Part shown: positions 57,601-64,000 of the stretch, piece after piece
Numbering within the stretch: position 1 is the stretch's first letter
Layout: the number at the start of each line of letters is the position of its first letter
Source: a virus
Lineage: Duplodnaviria > Caudoviricetes
IMG/VR virus record: IMGVR_UViG_3300032233_002657
Span: 117,490-181,489 of that record
Length of the DNA stretch: 64,000 bases
Reading direction: 5' to 3' (one strand)
Made by a program: the position numbers and the translations under genes
Notes under the pieces: model-generated
The model's database searches: none
Seen by the model: the letters and a program-made list of their open reading frames with translations, nothing else
Told to the model about the DNA's origin: nothing

Positions 57601-58221
57601 CTACTGCAAGTTGTTAACAGGGGGGTAGCGATTAAATTGCACAGGTCGCTTTGGCAAGTTAGAAAACCCGTTACGCACAAAGCCCTTAGAGTTGTCCAGG
57701 TGATCAGTGTCAATATCCACTATGCCATCTTCAGACACTCGTCTTCCGAAAGGGCTGGCTATAGCCGTCTGCGCGTCATACTGCATTGCTCGTGAACGAG
57801 CTGCTTGCACAGGGTCTGTTGTGTCATATTCATCATTAGGGCCGAAATAATCACCTAAAGGCCTAGGGGCCCTAGGGGTTGATGGCTTAGGAGTTAGCCC
57901 CTGATTTTGGTATATGCTGACTGGGTCGGGTTTGTCGGGCCTCACTGATCTGCTGTTAACTGAATTCCACTTAGGGGTCATAACCTCATGACCTGAGGCT
58001 GAACCCGGCGTGGGTGTAACGTTGTAGTTGGCACGCATGTTCCTATCATCAGCAGCGTTTTGAGCATTAGCTCTAGAAGTAGCTTGAGCCGCTTGAGCAT
58101 CAAGGTTACCTGGGCCTGGCTTATTAGCATCAGGGCTAAAATGGCCTGGTGGAAACGTTTTTTCATCTGCTCTCTTAAAGAACATTCTATGAAGCTTTGC
58201 TATCTTAGTAAAATTACGCAT
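57601..58221 (-). CDS. Leader-B disordered protein
   Basis: MRNFTKIAKLHRMFFKRA, then Pro/Asn-rich cargo. Confidence 0.7.
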   Translation of the reverse strand: MRNFTKIAKLHRMFFKRADEKTFPPGHFSPDANKPGPGNLDAQAAQATSRANAQNAADDRNMRANYNVTPTPGSASGHEVMTPKWNSVNSRSVRPDKPDPVSIYQNQGLTPKPSTPRAPRPLGDYFGPNDEYDTTDPVQAARSRAMQYDAQTAIASPFGRRVSEDGIVDIDTDHLDNSKGFVRNGFSNLPKRPVQFNRYPPVNNLQ

Positions 58222-58245
58222 GATTGTTACGTCCCATTATAAGGT

Positions 58246-58776
58246 TTACCGGGAAAACGGGGCTACCCGTGGTGTAAGCGTTTCCCCAGCCCCATCGCCA
58301 AACCCATGTGTTGGGTTTTCCCCAAAAAAGCTAATGCCTTGAGTATTGATGCCCTTACCGCTTGCGTAGCCTTGGTTTGTTGGGTCTGCGGGTCCACCAA
58401 ACCTGCCTGTAGTCTTCATAGTGTGCTGCTGAGCTAACTCATTGCCTAGGAGCTGTTTGCTAGCAGGGCCTGTGGGCCTAAGAGGATTGGGTATGGCTGG
58501 GTGTGCAGAAACTGGAACACGCTGAGAATCTGGGTTTGGGCGGTTACCCTTAGCTAGGATATTTGCGGTTACCCCAAGTGTTGCATTAGGTGACAGGTAG
58601 GACTTAGGGTCAAAATTGCTACCAGGAGGACGCACTAAGGATCCAGCTGCCGCGTCGGAGCCCCTGCTAGCTGACATCATCTCTTCATTGTTTTTAAACT
58701 TCTTAATTGGGGCTGCACCCTCTGCCCTCTTAAAGAACACTCTATGAAGATTCGCTAACTTATTGAAACTACGCAT
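58246..58776 (-). CDS. Leader-B disordered protein
   Basis: MRSFNKLANLHRVFFKRA; shares KNNEE...SD.AAGSL and IPNPLR with the next gene. Confidence 0.7.
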   Translation of the reverse strand: MRSFNKLANLHRVFFKRAEGAAPIKKFKNNEEMMSASRGSDAAAGSLVRPPGSNFDPKSYLSPNATLGVTANILAKGNRPNPDSQRVPVSAHPAIPNPLRPTGPASKQLLGNELAQQHTMKTTGRFGGPADPTNQGYASGKGINTQGISFFGENPTHGFGDGAGETLTPRVAPFSR

Positions 58777-58817
58777 GGTTGTTACTTCCTTGTAAAAAAT
58801 ACTGAGTTAAAACACTA

Positions 58818-59390
58818 TTAAAGATTAGGGCCTATGTTAGGTCCTGTATATCTTCCCTTCCTCATTGAATTATCATACTCAGACTTTAAATGATCTGGGC
58901 TAAGAAGATTATCGTTTTCGCCTCTTCTTAAAGGATTAGGTATGCCTGGAGCTACAGGTACAGGAACTACTTTCTTTTTAGCTTGTGAGATTGGTATTTC
59001 TGGATTGTTTCTCACCTTGATTTTACCGCTAGCAGCAGCTTCATCAAATCTAGGCTTAGAAGCTGAGTCTATAGTAGCCCCTGGAAACCAGGGAAACCTA
59101 GGCATATCTAGAGTATCTGCAATAGCGTGCCTAAGAGTAGAGCCCTTGGGGGTGAATTGGTTTACTTGGCTTAGATTTGAACCATCCCCGTGAAGAAGTG
59201 AGCCAGCTGCATGGTCAGAGGCTCTATTAGCTTTTATAGCTTCTTCATTGTTTTTGTATTTCATTCCAGGTCTATACCCTGGAGCAACAGATGGATCTGG
59301 AGCCAGAGGCTGTGAGCCGTCATAGAGGGGCGCCTCAGATCGCTTAAAGAACATGTTATGAAGATTAGCTAACTTATTAAAATTACGCAT
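58818..59390 (-). CDS. Leader-B disordered protein
   Basis: ATG at 59390 gives MRNFNKLANLHNMFFKRS; paralog of 58246-58776. Confidence 0.7.
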   Translation of the reverse strand: MRNFNKLANLHNMFFKRSEAPLYDGSQPLAPDPSVAPGYRPGMKYKNNEEAIKANRASDHAAGSLLHGDGSNLSQVNQFTPKGSTLRHAIADTLDMPRFPWFPGATIDSASKPRFDEAAASGKIKVRNNPEIPISQAKKKVVPVPVAPGIPNPLRRGENDNLLSPDHLKSEYDNSMRKGRYTGPNIGPNL

Positions 59391-59415
59391 ACTTGGGCAC
59401 CTTATGTTAAACAAA

Positions 59416-59634
59416 TGCTGGGCTGGAGCCTCTCCAGATCCCCTACCCTGAAGTCCGAACTAAACCTAAGTCTAGTAGCAGGTTAGTAAATTAGGCGTTA
59501 TACTACCCGCCCCTCCTGCCGCACCTAATCGGCTTTCGCCATGGTGTGGGTACCATCTCTGTAGAACAGGCATCTTGCCATTCGTCTATCAGATCCTAAC
59601 CAGTTGACGCCTTCAACTAAGCTCTAACCCAGCA
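59416..59634 (-). ncRNA. Candidate structured non-coding RNA (~219 nt)
   Basis: ORF-free gap closed by a TGCTGGG/CCCAGCA stem; internal hairpins AGTTGA/TCAACT, ATGGT/ACCAT, GGC-GAAA-GCC, ATTAGG/CCTAAT, CTGGAG/CTCCAG. Confidence 0.5.
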
Positions 59635-59687
59635 ATGTATTGTTACAAATATTATTGGCTTAGTCCATATCTTAAACTAATATAAGC

Positions 59688-60347
59688 TTAATCTTCCATC
59701 TCATCTAGGTTTCTAAGCATAAACTTAGCTTTGCCGACCATATCTAAGCGAGGCAGGTTAGGGAATATAATTCTTATAGCTTCTTTTATCTTATTTGCAT
59801 TACTGTTGAGGACGCAGTGGTCTGGGTCGTTGATGCCTATGTCCACGGTTATCTCCATGTAGGGCTCAGATACATCTTCGTCATATCCTGAGTCTTCTAT
59901 GCCCTCTTCACCTTCTTCACCCTCTTCACCTGGGTCGTCGCCATCGTTCCAGTCATGATCGCTGTCTGAGTCGCTATCGAATTCACTGTCTGAGCTATCT
60001 TCCCATGCCGACTCTTCTTCAAATGCATCGACCTCGTCATCATCATCTTCTTCTGCAGCCGTGGGGTCGATTATAGATGTGGCCTGCATGAAAAGCGGGC
60101 CTACCTTCTTAGTCTTCTGAGCTGAAGCCAGCATACCCTCAAAATGAGCTAGAAGCGCCTCTTGAGAAGAGAAGCCTTGCTTGTGTAGCATGTTCACTAT
60201 CTTCATAGAGTCATATACGGCTAAGCAGCCCCCATCTGGAGCGGGTACTATACCTACAAAAGCTCTGTCGTACCCTTCCATTAGCTCTATGGTTGGGTAA
60301 AGCCTCTTGAGATCCCCAACAGACATTCTGTTACGCTTGTTACTCAT
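59688..60347 (-). CDS. Protein with long acidic tract
   Basis: 219 aa; MEGYDRAFVG..AVYD..KI domain, then a ~65-aa D/E/S-rich stretch. Confidence 0.6.
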   Translation of the reverse strand: MSNKRNRMSVGDLKRLYPTIELMEGYDRAFVGIVPAPDGGCLAVYDSMKIVNMLHKQGFSSQEALLAHFEGMLASAQKTKKVGPLFMQATSIIDPTAAEEDDDDEVDAFEEESAWEDSSDSEFDSDSDSDHDWNDGDDPGEEGEEGEEGIEDSGYDEDVSEPYMEITVDIGINDPDHCVLNSNANKIKEAIRIIFPNLPRLDMVGKAKFMLRNLDEMED

Positions 60348-60362
60348 GGGTTCTCCTTTATC

Positions 60363-62930
60363 TTATCTATTAGCGTTTCTTGCACGTAACTTACGCTTGT
60401 AGGCTACTTCATCTTCTTCGTCATCCTCTTCGTCGTCTATAGGTTTAACTTTCTTTTTAGACCCTAAAGCAGCGGTTATAGCCATTATCGCAGGAATGCC
60501 TATACCTGCGGCTAATAGAGCTTTCTGCAAAGAGGTCATACCTGAGGTTACGCCTGGATTCTTAACTTCTTGTACAGCTGGGGTGTTAGCTTTATCTAAC
60601 AAATTGGCTTTCTCAGCTTGTGACATTATTTGATTAAGCTCACCGACGCTCTTAGCATTAAAAAGCTTTTGTTCTACATACTGAGGGTCATTCGGCTTTG
60701 CTGGGTCAAAGTAGTGCTTTCGGGCTTCGTTGATTGGGTCTATAGACATAGCTGCGGGGAGAGCAAGACCGCCAAGCCTAGACTTCCAAGTTTGGTTCCT
60801 GAGCATACCTGGAGACAAAGAAAGCCCGACGCCTAACGCGCCTGCAAGAGTATCTTTGTTATCGTGATTTACAAAACCATTGCCTTCGTTAGCGTACACT
60901 GCTCCATGAGCTAAGGTGTTATATAAGTTAAACATAGGGTTAGCGTTATAGGCTGCGCCTAAAGTATCCATGGCCAGCCCGCCTACGTTGCCCTTGTTTA
61001 AGTTATCTCTGACAGGGTTGGTAGTGACTGAGTCTAATTTGCTTATGTTGCTTCTGTTAAAGTTATCAACGTTTACAACTCCGCCCAGCTCTCCTTTTAT
61101 TCTGTCGGTTTCAGCCTGCCTCTGCTGTGGAGTAAGGCTTGCGTAAGAGCTCTTTGGGTCATTAACTTTTGAAAGAAGGGCTAAGAGCCTTTGAGCGTTT
61201 TGAGTGTTCTCTATAGATAAGTTGTTCTTATCATCAAGTCGTTGAGCATTGGTATCGTTTTTAGCTGTGTTGCTCGAGAAGGGGTTAAACGCTCTTATAT
61301 AATCCAACAAGTTTTTAGTGGGCTGTATGGCGCCTACTCCAAAGTCTTGCTCCAAAGCTCCTGCAGCGCCACTTCCCCAATACCCTGGGGAGTGTTTAGT
61401 AGTCTCGGAGCCAGCTATGGCTTTAGCTCTATCTACGATAGATTGGTTATGCTCAGCGTCAGCGTAAGACTTGATTAGGTTGTATTGATTTGCAGGGAGG
61501 TTCTTTACCAGAGCCTGCTTGTCTGGAGTAAGCGTTTTTATTCTATCTGCGAGTGGAACAGTGCTTTTAGGGTCGGATAGAAAATGAAATACGGATTGAT
61601 TAGAGGCCCCAGGGCTGTCCATGGTGCCAAGTTCGCCAACTGTCTTATTTTCAAGCCCTGAACGAGCTTGAATAATGCTAGGAGTAAGAGCGCTATTTAC
61701 TTGGCTAATTCCAGAGGCTAAGTGTAGCGGCATATGCTCAAGTGCCTTTACTCTTGTCGTTTCTGGCATTCCCTGAAGCTCTTTAGCGATACTGTTAAGT
61801 CTTTGGAATTCAGCAAGAATCTTTCCTTGTTTAAAGGCTTCTGAGTCTTGCGTCATAGCCTCTGGCCCAGAGATACCTCTGCTCTGACCAAAGCCTGATG
61901 TGAAGTCTTTATCTGTTAGGCCGCCTTTTTGAATCAACCCTGCTCCGTGAAGATAATCTAAGATTTCTGGGCTTATGGTTCGAGATCTTCTAAGAGCGGC
62001 ATCGGAGACTTCGGCTGGGGTAGACTTGTAAGGGCTACTCGACCGAGGTGTCATGTAATTAAAGCCGGTCGGTAAAGAGGCTGTTGGCTTCTTATTGTAG
62101 TAAGGCTCTCTAATTTTATTATAATCTGGATGATTAGGGTCAAACATAGCCCCAGCATCGTTAATTGTCTGAGCGTAGTCTATCTTTTTCTTATTTGGAA
62201 GCTTGCTGTGCCAGTCTTCAAATGCCTTGATGGCGATCGGGTCTGGAGCCGCGTAGTTTATCTTATTATTTTGAGGCTCTAAGAAGTACCTATTAACCAA
62301 ACCTTGAATGTCAGCCCCAGGCTTCAAAGCTTCTTGGGCAAAAGTCTTAGCAGGAGCGGGTAAAGGAGCAGGAGCGTGTGCCCATACTCTTTGGTCATAG
62401 CCTTTTTGAGTGTCGTAGATAGAGCCCGTGTTGCCCACTGTAGGGGCAGGAGCTACAGGGGCTGGGGCTTTGAGCTCAGGTGCAGGCTCTGGAGTCGGTG
62501 ATGGTGCGGGGGATGGGGCTGGGGCTGGCGTAGTAGGTGCAATAGGCGCATCAGCGTTCATGACTTTAGAGGAGAGCTCATCGAAAAACTCTGCGCGCTT
62601 AGTGGAGACGTCTCCACTAGGAATAGGTGTACTACTGTACACATCTCTATTAAAACCTAAATTATTCACGTAAGGAGAATGGGCGTAAGGACTTACGTCA
62701 AATGAGGTGGCCGCTTTATTTAGATTACCATTAGCTTTATTATTAAGCAAGGCAGTTTGATCAAGAAATCTATTATTTTGTGGTGGGGCTGGCAGTGCGC
62801 CTAACTGCCTGGCCTTCATAGGGTTAGAAGATATGTCATTAGAAGATATGGCAGAAGGCTTTAATGATTTAGCATTTCCACCTACAAGGCCTAAGTTACT
62901 AAATACTGCCTTCTTAGTTGTATCCGACAT
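60363..62930 (-). CDS. Large Cys-free protein with Pro linker and C-terminal TM segments
   Basis: 855 aa; NKAA and TKRA motifs early; PAPAP linker; C-terminal hydrophobic helix followed by acidic then basic tail. Confidence 0.6.
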   Translation of the reverse strand: MSDTTKKAVFSNLGLVGGNAKSLKPSAISSNDISSNPMKARQLGALPAPPQNNRFLDQTALLNNKANGNLNKAATSFDVSPYAHSPYVNNLGFNRDVYSSTPIPSGDVSTKRAEFFDELSSKVMNADAPIAPTTPAPAPSPAPSPTPEPAPELKAPAPVAPAPTVGNTGSIYDTQKGYDQRVWAHAPAPLPAPAKTFAQEALKPGADIQGLVNRYFLEPQNNKINYAAPDPIAIKAFEDWHSKLPNKKKIDYAQTINDAGAMFDPNHPDYNKIREPYYNKKPTASLPTGFNYMTPRSSSPYKSTPAEVSDAALRRSRTISPEILDYLHGAGLIQKGGLTDKDFTSGFGQSRGISGPEAMTQDSEAFKQGKILAEFQRLNSIAKELQGMPETTRVKALEHMPLHLASGISQVNSALTPSIIQARSGLENKTVGELGTMDSPGASNQSVFHFLSDPKSTVPLADRIKTLTPDKQALVKNLPANQYNLIKSYADAEHNQSIVDRAKAIAGSETTKHSPGYWGSGAAGALEQDFGVGAIQPTKNLLDYIRAFNPFSSNTAKNDTNAQRLDDKNNLSIENTQNAQRLLALLSKVNDPKSSYASLTPQQRQAETDRIKGELGGVVNVDNFNRSNISKLDSVTTNPVRDNLNKGNVGGLAMDTLGAAYNANPMFNLYNTLAHGAVYANEGNGFVNHDNKDTLAGALGVGLSLSPGMLRNQTWKSRLGGLALPAAMSIDPINEARKHYFDPAKPNDPQYVEQKLFNAKSVGELNQIMSQAEKANLLDKANTPAVQEVKNPGVTSGMTSLQKALLAAGIGIPAIMAITAALGSKKKVKPIDDEEDDEEDEVAYKRKLRARNANR

Positions 62931-62947
62931 TTATGTAAACCTCTAAG

Positions 62948-63205
62948 TCAAGAGGATATTAAAGGCAATGTCTTGCCTTTCGATACCACTACAGTGTTGG
63001 GGGCTACGTCTCTACAGTAATCAAAGAAACGATCAAAGACCTCTGAGAGGCCTTCAGCGTCATCTTTATCCACATTACCATCTTTAACGATATCCTTGAG
63101 GAAGTTCTGTACCATAGTTTCCATAAAGGAGTTAGGCAGTTCTTCCTTATAGAGTTTTAAGTATGGCCTAGGGCTAGTAGCAGTGTCTGTTATTTTTTTA
63201 GCCAT
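62948..63205 (-). CDS. Hypothetical protein
   Basis: 85 aa, GGAGG RBS, TAATG coupling. Confidence 0.55.
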   Translation of the reverse strand: MAKKITDTATSPRPYLKLYKEELPNSFMETMVQNFLKDIVKDGNVDKDDAEGLSEVFDRFFDYCRDVAPNTVVVSKGKTLPLISS

Positions 63206-63591
63206 TACCTAGATCCTCCGGTTATGGGGGCTGACGTGTCTACTTGCTTTATACCATTGGGCATTAAAGAGTTAGCATCACCAGTTATGGAAACCGTCTG
63301 TCGAATAGGGTCGGTATAGGTGGTATTAGCTTTATTGAATGGCACTCGATCACCATTGGATAACACTATACCTATGCCGCTGTCGAGATACTCCATTCCA
63401 GTAACATAGTTCTGAGTTAGCTTCTTCTTTGCAAATGTCATAAACTCTTGAACAGACTCCCTATCTTCTGGCGTAGTAGTCTCGTTCTTAATCCAGTTAT
63501 TAAATAAATAGGTAAGCAAGTCGGGATCTTCCTTGGTGGATACATTAAATCCAAAGTCTTCTTTCCACGTATTGATTTCTTTTTCCTTCAT
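63205..63591 (-). CDS. Hypothetical protein
   Basis: 128 aa ORF in operon. Confidence 0.55.
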   Translation of the reverse strand: MKEKEINTWKEDFGFNVSTKEDPDLLTYLFNNWIKNETTTPEDRESVQEFMTFAKKKLTQNYVTGMEYLDSGIGIVLSNGDRVPFNKANTTYTDPIRQTVSITGDANSLMPNGIKQVDTSAPITGGSR

Positions 63592-63595
63592 GTCA

Positions 63596-63928
63596 CTAGC
63601 CTTTCATATTAAGTTTCATAATGGTTAAGCCCATAGCTACAACGAATGAGCCCATTACTACATACTTATTAACATTAAGACCAAAAAACACAAGGGGTAT
63701 TGTGTAATCAATAAATATTACAGAAAACTCCCAACAAAGGCTAAAGAAAAAGATACGGTCCTTGTTGTCTAGATACCTAACACCAGTCACCCATAGCGTA
63801 GAAACAATAAGGCTAAACCCCAAAGAAAAGATTGGGTAGTACCAGGAGTTCCTTGTACTGTCGCTGTAACACATCATTAGAGAGGTTGAGTAAAGGGACA
63901 TAACTGCAAGAATGATTAGCCATTCCAT
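63596..63928 (-). CDS. Four-TM small membrane protein
   Basis: 110 aa with four hydrophobic helices (SMR/DMT-like size); GAGG RBS. Confidence 0.6.
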   Translation of the reverse strand: MEWLIILAVMSLYSTSLMMCYSDSTRNSWYYPIFSLGFSLIVSTLWVTGVRYLDNKDRIFFFSLCWEFSVIFIDYTIPLVFFGLNVNKYVVMGSFVVAMGLTIMKLNMKG

Positions 63929-63982
63929 ATTATGGTCACCTCAAGTAAGAGTTAGATATATGGTAACCCATTACATGAATGG

Positions 63983-63998
63983 CTGATAGCTAAAAAAA
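63983..63998 (-). terminator. Third copy of T-tract-AGCTATCAG terminator tail (hairpin presumably beyond window end)
   Basis: CTGATAGCTAAAAAAA, identical to 35073 and 36567. Confidence 0.5.
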
Positions 63999-64000
63999 GA

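Larger units (their letters stand above)
1301..62618. repeat. Dispersed 18-bp palindrome AGTGGAGACGTCTCCACT, 10 copies
   Basis: Copies start at 1301, 9366, 16880, 27221, 32255, 34958, 38746, 45378, 53198 and 62601; seven contain the exact core TGGAGACGTCTCCA. Confidence 0.92.

Noticed and set aside
53673-59390. Leaders as RiPP/bacteriocin double-glycine leaders processed by the C39 peptidase
   Set aside because: The leaders end in K-x-A rather than GG/GA, the cargoes are long, and no ABC transporter or modifying enzyme is adjacent. It cannot be fully excluded that the C39 enzyme is the protease.
59416-59634. tRNA or tmRNA
   Set aside because: No TTCRA T-loop, canonical D/anticodon arms, CCA end or tmRNA termini; kept only as an unclassified structured RNA candidate.
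1301-62618. Palindrome as CRISPR repeat, REP/MITE or cloning scar (it contains BsmBI and AatII sites)
   Set aside because: Copies are kilobases apart with no spacer array, no shared flanks or target duplications, and include degenerate versions embedded in intact conserved ORFs.
931-62673. Numerous short plus-strand ORFs (and minus-strand ORFs inside nrdJ) in the ORF track
   Set aside because: They are antisense or alternate-frame shadows of longer genes that have RBSs and motifs, and show no recognisable features themselves.
1-64000. Stop-codon reassignment as seen in some large phages
   Set aside because: Standard code gives long, tightly packed ORFs ending in TAA, TAG and TGA.
1-64000. 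Phage nucleus (chimallin/PhuZ), terminase, portal or sigma factor genes
   Set aside because: No recognisable motifs in this window; they may lie elsewhere or be too divergent to see by eye.

Overview
This 64-kb window is part of a large (jumbo-like) tailed phage genome, almost entirely on the minus strand, with no host housekeeping context. It holds a tail-sheath/neck/head module (1-16.7 kb) and a two-gene multisubunit RNA polymerase (beta fused to the N-half of beta', plus a separate beta' C-half) flanking an SNF2 helicase fusion. It also carries class II RNR, PhoH, HNH nucleases, a glycosyl/methyl/amido-transferase cluster, and many low-complexity or glycine-zipper proteins. The most striking observations follow. 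(1) A probable 'packaged cargo' system: seven genes share an 18-aa leader (M-x2-[FYL]-x-K-x-A-x-[FL]-x3-[MF]-x-K-x-[AS]) fused to unrelated cargo, K-x-A/S motifs sit at domain boundaries of several polyproteins (one is 2H-like + ART-like + NUDIX), and the putative cargo, including both RNAP chains and the helicase, contains no cysteine. (2) The RNAP has lost both beta' zinc sites and has GADFDGD instead of NADFDGD. (3) A palindrome AGTGGAGACGTCTCCACT is dispersed 10 times, about every 3-10 kb, regardless of reading frame. (4) Two moron-like lipoprotein cassettes share a 31-bp upstream motif and a terminator tail TTTTTTTAGCTATCAG. (5) A ~219-nt structured intergenic RNA candidate lies at 59.4-59.6 kb. 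All family calls come from motif recognition by eye; no searches were run.
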